A DNA stretch of 64,000 nt from contig JBFMAF010000028.1 of assembly GCA_040755995.1 (NCBI GenBank), positions 1 to 64,000 on the forward strand, given 5' to 3'. The notes under the pieces were generated by a model. That model was not told the origin of the DNA, searched no databases, and saw nothing but the letters and a program-made list of their open reading frames with translations. The position numbers were made by a program, and so were the translations under genes. Of this stretch, positions 10,282-21,300 are shown piece by piece (the first letter of the stretch is position 1; each line of letters begins with the position of its first letter). Source of the stretch: Acidobacteriota bacterium. Lineage in GTDB: Bacteria > Acidobacteriota > CAIWXX01.

Positions 10282-10830
10282 CTACAGGGGCGCGCCGTCC
10301 ACGATCGGTTCGATGCCCTGGTCTCTGAGCCACTTCAGCGCGCGGCCGCGCCTGCGCGCCTTCTTGAAATCCTCCCACCGGTCGGACTCGATCCGGCTCG
10401 TGGCCAGCACATCCTTGAACTGGCGAAACGGGCGTGCCCCCCGCAGCGCAAACAACAGCGCATCTTTCAGCCGTTGATCCTGGACTGTCTCCACATACTC
10501 CGTCATGTCGTGGAAGCCTTCGTGCACGTCCTCGCGCGGGACCTGAAGGTAGCGCGACCCGACGGCCGACATGATCTGCCGGGCCTCCATGACCTCGTCC
10601 TTCAGCCCATCCTCTGTGTCCAGCTCGTTCACTGCCTGTTCAAACGGCACGCGCTCCTTGCCCGCTACGTCGAACACACGATCGTTGACTTCATCCAGGA
10701 GTTGTCGGGCCTCCTGAGTCACGACTTCGAGGAATCCGGTCTCCAGGTCCAGGAAGTAGAAGGTCTCGAAAGAGCTGTTCTCGAAGGCCAGATCAAGCTG
10801 GTCCAGGTCAATGTCAATCTGGCGTGCCAT
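10282..10830 (-). CDS. UPF0158 family protein
   Basis: YFLDLETG ... ALRGARPFRQFKDVL ... WL.DQGIEP; GGAGG RBS. Confidence 0.85.
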   Translation of the reverse strand: MARQIDIDLDQLDLAFENSSFETFYFLDLETGFLEVVTQEARQLLDEVNDRVFDVAGKERVPFEQAVNELDTEDGLKDEVMEARQIMSAVGSRYLQVPREDVHEGFHDMTEYVETVQDQRLKDALLFALRGARPFRQFKDVLATSRIESDRWEDFKKARRRGRALKWLRDQGIEPIVDGAPL

Positions 10831-11037
10831 CCCCCTCCATCCCCCGTATCCGCTGGGCGTCCATCGATAGAACTGAGGATCTACTCGTGCGTTCCTCCGC
10901 CTCCAGCGTTCTCGCCTATATATTCTACACCAACGAGGGCCGAAATTGTCCCTTGATCAATCTCGCTCCAGGCCCCACAATATTCGCTGCCAACCCACCG
11001 GGCCTGAGCCGGGAGGAGAGGGCGGAGGAGGTAGCAG

Positions 11038-12258
11038 ATGAGGCTGCATATCGGGACGATCCAGATCGTGGCTATCGCACTACTCGCATTTCGGCCGCCT
11101 TGTGTGGAGTCGGCCGCCCGCGAGGACGTGGCCGTCGTATCGACGCCGTTCGGAGAGATCGTATGGAGATTCCTCCCCGAGCATGCACCGGGCCATACGG
11201 CCTACGTGCAGCAGCTGATCCGCGGCGGGTTCTACGACGGAACCACGTTTCACCGGGTCATTCCGTACTTCGTGGTTCAGGGCGGGGATCCCAACACAAA
11301 GAACTCCGATCGGTCTGACGACGGCGAGGGGGACTCGGAGCGCACCCTGAAGGCGGAGTTCAGCCAGGATCTCCACTACAGACCGGGCACGGTAGGGATG
11401 GCACGCGGTGCCGATCCCGATTCGGGATCGTGCCAGTTTTTTATCGCTCTGGAGAACATTCCGCGGCTCGACGGAAAGTACACGATCTTCGGGGAAGTCA
11501 TCAGCGGGCTCGACGTTGCGCGCATGATCGCGGACCAGCCGCGAGACCTCAATGACAATCCGATCCGGCGCATCCCCGTCACCATCCGTATCGAGAAACG
11601 AGAAGTCCCGAAGAAGATACTTTCGCTGGACACGGGTGAGTCGGGCGAGGTCCTGACCGGCCCGACGAAGCCCCGGCCGTTTGACTCCGGCAACGTGCTA
11701 TTCAAGGCTCCCGCGTTGCGCCCGGCTGCCTCGGCGACTGCCTCCCCGGCTCTCGGGCGCATGGATCTCGCTGTCGACGCAGCCGGCAAGGTGCTGGATG
11801 TGCGCTTTGTCGATTCTGCACAGAAGGATGCCGAGCGACTCAGATCGACAGCGCTCGGCTGGAGCTTCGAGCCGGCGGAGTACAACGGAACGCGGGTCAA
11901 GGTGCGTATCGAAATCAACAGCGACGGCAGCGCGATCGGGCCGACTACGGGAGGTGGAGCACCCATGGAAATCGGCGGCGGAGTCCAGCCCCCCCGCCCG
12001 GTCATCGCCGTCGTCGTTTCCGCAGAGAAGAGGGCGCCGGATCGACCGGCCCTCATGCGACTGACGATCGATCCGACCGGTCGTGTGACCGACGTGGCGC
12101 TGCAGTCGAGCTGCGGCGACTCGGACCTCGACGCCGCAGCCGCTCAGGCCGCCTTCGCCATGCTTTTCGAGCCGGCCACGCGCAACGGCAGCGACGGCCC
12201 CGAGCCTATTGCCGTGTACCTCAACGTACAGGCGCGATTCACCGCGGGCACGCGGTAG
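11038..12258 (+). CDS. Cyclophilin-type peptidyl-prolyl isomerase with two C-terminal TonB_C-like domains
   Basis: GFYDGTTFHRVIPYFVVQGGDP, GMARGADPDSGSCQFFI, LDGKYTIFGEV; then VDAAGKVLDV..WSFEPA and IDPTGRVTDV..SSCGDSDLDAAA..FEPA; signal peptide. Confidence 0.9.
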   Translation: MRLHIGTIQIVAIALLAFRPPCVESAAREDVAVVSTPFGEIVWRFLPEHAPGHTAYVQQLIRGGFYDGTTFHRVIPYFVVQGGDPNTKNSDRSDDGEGDSERTLKAEFSQDLHYRPGTVGMARGADPDSGSCQFFIALENIPRLDGKYTIFGEVISGLDVARMIADQPRDLNDNPIRRIPVTIRIEKREVPKKILSLDTGESGEVLTGPTKPRPFDSGNVLFKAPALRPAASATASPALGRMDLAVDAAGKVLDVRFVDSAQKDAERLRSTALGWSFEPAEYNGTRVKVRIEINSDGSAIGPTTGGGAPMEIGGGVQPPRPVIAVVVSAEKRAPDRPALMRLTIDPTGRVTDVALQSSCGDSDLDAAAAQAAFAMLFEPATRNGSDGPEPIAVYLNVQARFTAGTR

Positions 12259-12471
12259 CGAGGCGCCTCCGTGCGTCTCCGCGTCTGCGTGTCTCGCTCC
12301 GTCTCGCTCTTGTTGACACTCACTCTCCTTCGTATAGAATGCCACACAACGTGATAGTGGGTACATGGACGGATCGAGTTGTTGCTTCACCGGATTCGCG
12401 AGCGCATGTGATCAGGTCCTCCCTGCGATCGTTGTTGGGCGCAGTGAGGGCACCTTGTTCTTAGAGGGGGT

Positions 12472-13137
12472 GTGATGTCAGACAGATCAGTAGAGCGTCC
12501 TGCCGCCGGCGGGTCCCAGCCCGTCGATACCAAGCTGCTCTTCCGGGACTACCCCAAACACGTCACTTTGCGTGACGGGCGCGAGGTAGTACTGAGGCCG
12601 ATGACGAAAGAGGATCTCGACAGATCCTGCGCGTTCTTCAAGGGTCTTCCGGATGACATACGTCTGTACCTCAGAGCGGACGTGACGAAGAGGGACGTCG
12701 TCGAGCGGAGAATGAAACACGACGACCGGCATGAGTTCTACCGGCTTGTTGCCGTCGACGGCGACAGGATCGCCGGTGACGCCACGATATACAGAGAGGC
12801 TCACAGTTGGAAGAGGCATCTTGGCGAGTTGCGCGTCATCATCCATCCTGAGTATCAGGCCAATGGAATGGGCATGCACCTCATACGCGAGCTATACGAA
12901 ATCGCCAACATGGCCAACCTGACCGTCCTCTATTCCAACATCATCGAAGTGCAGAAGGGAGCAGTCAAGATTCTGGAGAAACTCGGGTTCAAGAAGGAAG
13001 TGGTCAAGAAGTCGCACGTGAGAGACCTGAACGGCCGGAAGCACGATCTCATAGTCATGACGTGCAACCTGGGGGAACTGTGGGACCGCCTGGAGATGGC
13101 CCTTCTCGACATGGACTCGGCCCCTACCCAGGAGTGA
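12472..13137 (+). CDS. GNAT family N-acetyltransferase
   Basis: VTLRDGREVVLRP, HPEYQANGMG, LEKLGF. Confidence 0.85.
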   Translation: MMSDRSVERPAAGGSQPVDTKLLFRDYPKHVTLRDGREVVLRPMTKEDLDRSCAFFKGLPDDIRLYLRADVTKRDVVERRMKHDDRHEFYRLVAVDGDRIAGDATIYREAHSWKRHLGELRVIIHPEYQANGMGMHLIRELYEIANMANLTVLYSNIIEVQKGAVKILEKLGFKKEVVKKSHVRDLNGRKHDLIVMTCNLGELWDRLEMALLDMDSAPTQE

Positions 13138-13177
13138 TCGTTCCGAACATCGCGGCATATTTCGGGGAGAGAAGATT

Positions 13178-13717
13178 ATGAGCACTTATCCCAAGACGGT
13201 CGAGCTCAAAGACGGCACATCGGTTCTCATCCGACCCATTGACGAAAAGGACGTCGACAAGTCCTTCGAGTTCTTCCAGAGGCTTGCGGAGGAAGATCGC
13301 AAGTTCTTGAGGGTCGACGTGACCCAGAGGGAAGCTGTGGCGAGACGAATGCGGCCGGACAGCTCGGACGAGGAAACCTGCTTTCGCCTCATCGCAGAGA
13401 AGGACGACAGGATCATCGCCGACGCGACGCTCTGGCGTCCGACGCACGGATGGACCTCGCACACTGCGGCCCTCAGGTACATCATCGCCAGTGACTTCCG
13501 GCGCAAGGGGCTTGCCAGTGCCCTGGTGAGAGAGCTGTTCGTGGCGGCCGTGAGGCAGGGCGTCGAGAAGGTCGAAGCGGAGATAATGGAAGACAACGTA
13601 GCTGCTATCAAGAGCGTCGAGAAGCTCGGGTTCAGCCGGGAGGGGGTCCTGAAGGACTTCGTCTGCGACTACCGGGGCAACATGCACAACCTCGTGATCA
13701 TGTCCTGCTTCATCTGA
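13178..13717 (+). CDS. GNAT family N-acetyltransferase (paralog of upstream gene)
   Basis: ELKDGTSVLIRP, DFRRKGLA, EKLGFSREG. Confidence 0.85.
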   Translation: MSTYPKTVELKDGTSVLIRPIDEKDVDKSFEFFQRLAEEDRKFLRVDVTQREAVARRMRPDSSDEETCFRLIAEKDDRIIADATLWRPTHGWTSHTAALRYIIASDFRRKGLASALVRELFVAAVRQGVEKVEAEIMEDNVAAIKSVEKLGFSREGVLKDFVCDYRGNMHNLVIMSCFI

Positions 13718-14144
13718 GCGGAGACGCTCCGGATGCAGCGTCGCGCAGGGGAGGCCTGCGCCGAGGCAGGGTGCAAATCGCGGCCCGATGTTCCTTGAAA
13801 CGGATCCCGGTCCGGATTCCTCGTAGAACCTCCTGACCCGTACCGGTCCGGCCGCGAGTCCGCGCGGATGCCTGCAGACACCCCACTATCTTTTTCTGCA
13901 TGTGTGACGCACGTCACACTCTTCTGCGATCCTTTGTTCTAGACTGCGCGCCTACCCACAGCGCAAGAGAACGGCTGGCCGAGTCGGGGGTGGTGCTGAA
14001 GAGCGCTGAACTGGTTGACATATGGCAAATCATGTCGGTTTATAAACTGGTTGATACGGGGTTGATAGTGGCTCGGTTGATGAGGCGGAGTGAAAGGATC
14101 TACAGCCATCTGATGGCATAATCCAACGAAGTAGAGGCAGCCTC

Positions 14145-14177
14145 TTGACAATTGGGGTAATCCGACTTATATATAAT
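14145..14177 (+). promoter_or_regulatory. Sigma70-type promoter of the second Rhs operon
   Basis: TTGACA (14145) - 17 bp - TATATA/TATAAT in an AT-rich intergenic region. Confidence 0.6.
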
Positions 14178-14278
14178 ACGGTATGATCGACACAGTAATA
14201 ACAGATACACTAGAGCTAACTGGCCGTATGCACTTCAAACCATTACTCCTCCCACGCCGTCAAAGGAATTTGATTCGC

Positions 14279-15205
14279 ATGCATCTCTGCCTTCTGCCTC
14301 TCGTCGGGCTGCTTGCGGGCACCGGATGCGCGGCCTCGCGCGCCTACAGCCGTGGGATGCAGGCGCAGCGCGCAGGGCGCCATGCTGACGCGGCCGAGTG
14401 CTTGGAGCAAGCCGTGGAACATGATCCCGGCAATCCGAGCTACTCAAGGGCGTTGGCTGAGGCCCGAGCGCAGAGCGCGGAAGCCATGATCGCACGCGGC
14501 GAGGAGCTCGAGTTCAACGGCGAATATGCACTGGCAAATGGAATATACGAGGCGGCCTTCCGCCTCGATCCCCTCAACGATTATGCCCTGTTGAAGCGCC
14601 AACTCGTCGGCATTCGGCTCCGCAAGATGCATGAAGCTCAGCAGTCTGTCGCACGAACCGATCTACCGCATCCGACCACAGCGATCGCGGACATGGAGAT
14701 GGAACAGACTTCCGTGGCCAACGCCGAGCGGCCGAGACCCGTCGAACGATATTCGAGGGAGGCATATGGTGCTGCGCGTACGGCGGCGATTCGATTCGAG
14801 CCCTCCAAGATCGATCTCGCCGCCGGGAGACAGTTCCCAGTTGAGGTCATCGTCAGCACCCGAGTGTGGCCGTCCTCCGGCGCATTCGATGTCATCTACG
14901 ACGAGCGCGCGATGAGGGTCACGAGCGTGGAATCGGGGGCGATGGCCGGGTCGTACTCGGTGAGACAACCGGAGCCCGGAAGGATCTCATTCAAGTTCCT
15001 GCCGGAGGAGCGTTTTGATGGTGTCGCATGTCGACTGACGTTTGTGGCCGGTGCCCCTACGCTCGCCGGGCTGCATATCGACAGGGCGCGGCTGAAAGAC
15101 TACGGCGGGGAGGAGCTCGACGTGGCCACGTCACCTGCGAGCATCAACGTTCATCCCGCGGGCGCGGAGATGGCGTCCTCCGCAAGTGCGCCGAAGGTAC
15201 CATGA
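14279..15205 (+). CDS. Putative lipoprotein with TPR repeats and C-terminal cohesin-like domain
   Basis: Lipobox-like LLAGTGC; TPR-like EQAVEHDPGN and AAFRLDPLN; cohesin-like FDVIYDERAMRVTSVESG. Start could be 14228 or 14183. Confidence 0.7.
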   Translation: MHLCLLPLVGLLAGTGCAASRAYSRGMQAQRAGRHADAAECLEQAVEHDPGNPSYSRALAEARAQSAEAMIARGEELEFNGEYALANGIYEAAFRLDPLNDYALLKRQLVGIRLRKMHEAQQSVARTDLPHPTTAIADMEMEQTSVANAERPRPVERYSREAYGAARTAAIRFEPSKIDLAAGRQFPVEVIVSTRVWPSSGAFDVIYDERAMRVTSVESGAMAGSYSVRQPEPGRISFKFLPEERFDGVACRLTFVAGAPTLAGLHIDRARLKDYGGEELDVATSPASINVHPAGAEMASSASAPKVP

Positions 15206-15315
15206 CACCGCAGCCGAGAACCGTCCCCGTCGGCCGTGGTGATATCTCAGAGTCGTTCGGGAGAGCCTGCAGGGCCCATCCCATGACAAGTCCGAAAAGG
15301 CTTCATGGAGTCGTG

Positions 15316-18300
15316 ATGGCAATGAAAAGTATGCTGAGGGTTGGTTTGGCGGTCCTTTCGATCACATGTCTCTCCGGCGCTCCGGGGTTCGCCCAGAGCG
15401 GGGTTTTCGATCAGATCGGCATCAACGGGGAGCACGGGTTTCACGGGGCATTGGCCGAGGAGAATGTCGACTTGCTGACGGGTAACTTGACGCTCAGCTA
15501 CACAGACGTGTACTTGCCCGGACCGTTGGGCTTCGACCTGGCAATCCACCGAGCGTACAACTCCAAGGTCGTGCAAGACGTGAAGGTAGTGGACACGAAC
15601 GGCTCGTGGCAGACAGCGTACATCCTCCAGGGCGAGCCGCGATCATGGGTGGGGCTCGGCTGGACGCTGCACATGGGCCGTCTCCTCGACTGGAAGGACC
15701 CGATAGACTGCATCCCGGTCGGCGGCGGCTGTGTTGTGCCGCCTCCGAGTCCAACGATCGAGTTTCCGGACGGCCGCAGCGAGAAACCGGCGCTGTCGAG
15801 CGATGCCAACGGGACACAGATCTATCACACGCAGAGTCACTTGAAGCTCGTGAGGCAGAACGGTGTGTGGACGCTGTATTTCCAGGATGGCACCAGGTGG
15901 CTCTTCGGCAACCCCACGCAGATCCAGTATGAGAAGGGTCCGCGGGATGCCCTCTGCGTCGTCCAGATCGTGAATCCACAGGGGTATCACATCGATGCCA
16001 GCTACATCGACGGGAAGCCGTGCTTGCAGACGGTAAAGGACAGCATGCAGCGGGAGGTGGATTTCCTCGTGGACTCCACGGCGGCGCAGTTCCCCAAGCT
16101 GCAACGGGTGCAGATCAAGAACAGCGAAGGAGTCTGGGTAGAGTACACGTACACAGTGATCGAAGGGGATGGCGGGGTCGTAGGGACCGTCTACCTGCTG
16201 GATCGGTTCAAGCCACCTCTTCTGCCAGCACAGGTATTCCACTATGACCTGGCGCTCCCGACCAAGTGCCGTTTCCAGCTCACCGGAGTGGACACGGGTC
16301 TTGGCGGCCACATGGGCTACACGTACGAGGACCATCCGTTCGCCACGGGCGGCGCCGGCGGAAAGCAGGGTCCCTGGGGATCCCGGGTACTGTCGACGAA
16401 GACCCTTGACGACGGAACGGGACAGACTGCGAGCTGGACCTACACATATCCCAAGTTCGAGAGAGCTGGGGACGACACCGTCGAGATCAAGAAGCTCAAT
16501 GTACGGGGCGTGCCGGAGCTCAGCTATGCGAAGTACTCATGGCCGGGTGAGAACAACTTAGATCCGGTGATCAAGGCGAAGTGGTTCGTTGACCAGAGCT
16601 TCTCAGAGGGCTACTCGTGGAAGGCGCTTGAGATCCTCGACACCAACCTCCTCAACGGCTATCGCTGGGTCTATGTCTCGCTCATCGAGACGGTCACGAC
16701 CAGGACCCTTCCGAATCACGAGACGGTCAAGCAGTACTCATATAATGCGAAGACAGAGCAATACGGGCTCCCATCCTCTATCAAGCACAGCAGCGGGCAA
16801 AACACAGCGACGCACCGCTACACGGAGAAGCTCACCTACGCTTTCGAATCTGACAACGCATTGGAGAACGCCTACAAGCTCTCGTATGTGACGAATCATA
16901 CGACCTGGAACCCTTCCGAGACCCAGAAACAGAAGGAGACGATCACGGCCTACGAGTGGCCCGGCGGCGCCGTCAAGCTCGTAGACCGGCTCACGGATGG
17001 TGGGAACTACCTCACCTGGACGTATGAGAACCAGCTTGCGGATCCAAAGCTGATCACGATCACCACTGACCTGCCGGGCTCTGCCGGGAGACAGATTGCC
17101 AAGTACGATCACGGCGTCCAGTCGCAACTGAAGTGGGAGAACTCATTCGACGTTTTCACGCGCACGGTGAGCGCGCACGACAGCTCGATCCTGACTGAGA
17201 GGAATCAATACGGCGGGACGATGACCTTCACCTATGACAACCTGGGGCGAGTGGAGAAGGTGGCGATGCCCGCGGGATTCGCGGATATCGACCCGTCATG
17301 GGCAGCGGACGGCAAGAGCGTATCCATAGCGCGCGGATCAAGCCAGATTGTGAAGCTCTGGGACGGTCTCGGGCGTGATACCGGGTACACGGAGACAGAC
17401 ACCAAGAGCGGCACGACGCTCCACTACCGCAAGAAGCTGGACGAAGAAGGCCGGGTAACAGAGGAATCCAACGGGAGCCTCAGCGACGCCGATGTCTGGA
17501 AGTACAGCTACAAGCAGGCCGGCGACCTGTGGAAGACCGTGCCCCCACACGACGACGACGATCCCGTCGACCATACCACCGAGATCTCCTTCGCGGGCGA
17601 GGATAAGATGGTGATCGACGGGCGGAATCTGCAATGGACCTATCGGTACGACCACCTCACCGGTCTCATCACACGCACGACGGACCCCGCTCAGATGTCC
17701 ACCGAATTCACATACGATCCAATCGGGCGACTGACGAAGGCTGTGATCGGAGGCAGCCGGACCCACACTTACGACCACAACTGCATGGACCAGGTCACGA
17801 CGGAGACACATCCCGAGACGGGACGGATCGATTACACCTACAACCCTTCTACGGGTAACCTCGATACCAAGACGTGGGCCACCACGAGGACCAGCTACCA
17901 CTACAACTCCAGGAACCAGTTGACGGGACTGGATTCGGGCGATGATGCCATCTCCTATGGCTACAGCGACACCGATGGAACGCTTCGTTTGATCGAGAGC
18001 ACGACCAAAGGATGGAAGCGGACGATCACCGCATACAACCCGTTCGGATTGATCGAAACGGAGACGATCACCATCCCAGGGCTCGGCGCGAAGAAGCTGG
18101 AGTATCGTTACGATGCCAACAACACGCTGGCGAAGGTGATCTATCCAGATGGCACAACGGCGGATTACACCAATAACGGGTTCGATGCGCCAGAGCTGGT
18201 GAAGCTCAACGGCGGACGTCTCGTAGATTCGGTCGTCTACGGCGGGTACAAGCAGCCGGCGAGCATCGGCTTCGCCAACGGGACAGCTCTTACTGCGGAC

Positions 18301-21300
18301 TATCTCAACTCGGGCCATCTCTGGTGGACCAACCTGGCGCGGGGCGGTGAGGCGTACTACCACGCCCAGTATCGCTATGACGGCAACTACAACATAAAGA
18401 CCATCGAGGGCACCACGCCCAAGATCGATGTGGACTTCCAGTACGACTCTCGAAACCGGCTCAAGACCGCCAGCTACCGGCAGAACGACGGGCGTGTCAC
18501 CGGAATAACATACGACACTGACGATTTCGGCAACATCTGGCGGATCACCGAGAGCAGCACCACTGTAGCTTCCAAGGTAGCGTTCGAGCACACGTCCACC
18601 GGCAAGAACCAGCTCACCGGGTGGCCTTACGACGGCCGTGGCAATCTCAAGTCTGACGGGGTCTACCAGTACGTCTGGGACAACATGAACCGGTTGGCGG
18701 AGGTCCGGAACCTGAACGCGGAGGCAGGCATTGACATCTCGACGATCATGGCATCGATGGATGGCGACGCAGCGCCGGATGCGGGCACCGCGGAAGCGCC
18801 GCTTCTCGCGAGCTACCTGTACGACGATCGAGGCCTGCGATTGAAAACGGACAGGTCTCCGCAGGGCACGGTCCTGGTGGCCGAGATTGTGCTGGACTAC
18901 CCGAACGGCGGTCAGACGCTCTACGTGGGGAAGCAGAGCGAAATCCGGTGGCACTCCACGAACGTGGCCACGGTGCGGATCGAGCTGCTGATTTCGGTTG
19001 GCAACGCCACCCAGATCAAGGTGATCAAAGCGTCCTTCGATGCGAGCCTGGGAAAGTGCTCGTGGACGCCTGACACCCCCGGCGGCAAGTGCTACATCCG
19101 TATCAGCAACACGGCGGGGTCCGAGCAAGACACGAGCGACGGGCCGTTCGCAATCTTGCAGAAGAAGCTGACGGTGGACCAGCCGAATGGCGGTGAGCAC
19201 TGGGAGGCATTCACCGAACACAACATCGTCTGGAGGGCCGAGGGCGACTTCGGGACGCAGACCATGGCCATCAAGTACTCAACCAACAACGGCACTTCTT
19301 GGAAACCGGTAGAAGGAGCCAATGCTCTGGACCCGAAGCGCAAGTCGTTCCGCTGGACGGTGCCGAACGAGCCTTCGGAGCAGTGCCTGATCCGAATTCA
19401 CACTGGAAATGAGGACACCGAAGATCGGGGCGACGGCACCTTCACAATCGAGCCGTCGAATCGAGAGATCAAAGTCGTGTACCCCAACGGCGGCAGGGCG
19501 TCTCCTCACCTCCCAGACCAGGAAAGGCAGACGTTCAAGGTAGGCGACAAGGTCACGATCACCTGGGAGCTGACGGGGCACTTCGTAACCGGGAAGGGGC
19601 TGAAAGTTTCCCTTGTCGACGAGAGCACCAATGCGCCCACGGTGGTGACCATAGCACAGGTAGGCTATGTGACCTCCTGCCAGTGGACCGTCAACGACCG
19701 CCCCGGCAGCGTGTTCAGAATCCGCGTGGAGGACCTTGCCACCGGTGTCAAGGACGAGAGCGACGAGCACTTCCGCATCGTAGCGGCCCCCGCGACTCTC
19801 AAGGTGACCAAGCCCGCCGGGGGAGAGCTGCTGGGTGTCGGCAGCAAGTACAGGATCGAGTGGGAGGCCACCAGCGTCTCGCAGTGCCAGAACGTGAGGA
19901 TCGACTACATCAGGAACCTGCCGGATCACGAGATCGACGTGCACGAGATCGTCCCCTCGATCGAAAACAGCGGGCACTATCTGTGGGAGGTGCCGCCGGT
20001 GCCCGAGGGGCTTCCCCAGGAAGGCTGGCGCATTCGGGTTGCCGATCCGCGGGACATGGACCCGGAGGCCAAGAGTGGGCCGTTTTCGATCGTGCCGCCG
20101 CAGATGGCGCTGAAGGTTGAATGGCCGAATGGCAAGAACGACGGCCTCACGATCGGCACGAAGGTGACGATCAAGTGGAACCCCGGCGACACAACGCGAA
20201 TTGAGAACGTCAAGGTCTCGCTGAGTCGCACAGGCAACTCGCCTTACTCGGAGTCGTTGCATGAAGGGCACGAGTCGGTCGCCAACGACGGTGAGCTTCC
20301 CTGGATTGTCACTGGGCCCGCATCGACGGACTGCCGGATCGAGATCAGGGACGCCGACGGCGTCACTGCTGACACCTCGGACGCGAAGTTCCCGATCAAC
20401 GATGGCTTCACGATCAAGAAGCCGGTGGGAGGCGATGTGCTGAGGATCGGGAAGAGTTACACGATCAAGTGGAGCCCGCGAGACATGCCAAAGAACGTCA
20501 AGATCCAGATCAAGCGCGACGGTGGAGACTGGAAACACATCGACCCTAAGAATACGACCTACACGAACGAGGGAAGTCTCAACTGGATCGTGTCGGAGCC
20601 GGAGGCGGGCGAGTGCTATCTGCGTGTGAGCGACGCGTCCAACATGAAGTTTTGCGGCGAGACGAAGGAGCCCTTCTCGATCCGGCCGAGCATAACGGTG
20701 ACCTCGCCGAACGGCGGCGAGCAGCTCAAGGTGGGGACGACGGCGACTATCGCATGGACAACGGGCGGTAACGTGCCCAAGGTGAACATTGACATTTCGC
20801 GCAACAACGGGCAGAGTTGGAGCCGGATCAAGGCGGGGCTGACGAACACCGGAACCTTGCCGTGGCCGGTTGTTACTCCGACATCGACCAAGTGCCTGAT
20901 TCGGGTGAGCGACACCGACAAGGATCCGTGGGACGAGAGCGACAACACGTTCAGCATAGTCAAGATCGTGACCGGCGCTCGAGGAACTGGGACCGGATTT
21001 CAAGTACCCATCGGTGAAGAACAAGAGGGCGAGGCGTTGATGGGTGGTATCGGGGAAGGTGAGATGGCGCTACCGCCAGAAGACGCGGCTCCCGACGCAT
21101 ACGTCTTGAGGCCCGGAGGCGACGAGCCGCAGGAGACGGATGGCTGGGTCTATGTGCGCGATGAAGAGGGGCTGCCCGACTACGAATATCAAGTTCCGGC
21201 GAGCGACGGAGCCTGGGACGATTCAGTCGACTACCCGTACGACGACGAGCCTGAGTACGTGCCACAGACGCAGCCGGGCGGAGAACCGGCGGGGACCGGG

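Noticed and set aside
17338..21024. 627-aa and 581-aa minus-strand ORFs
   Set aside because: Antisense to the Rhs CDS; expected in high-GC DNA
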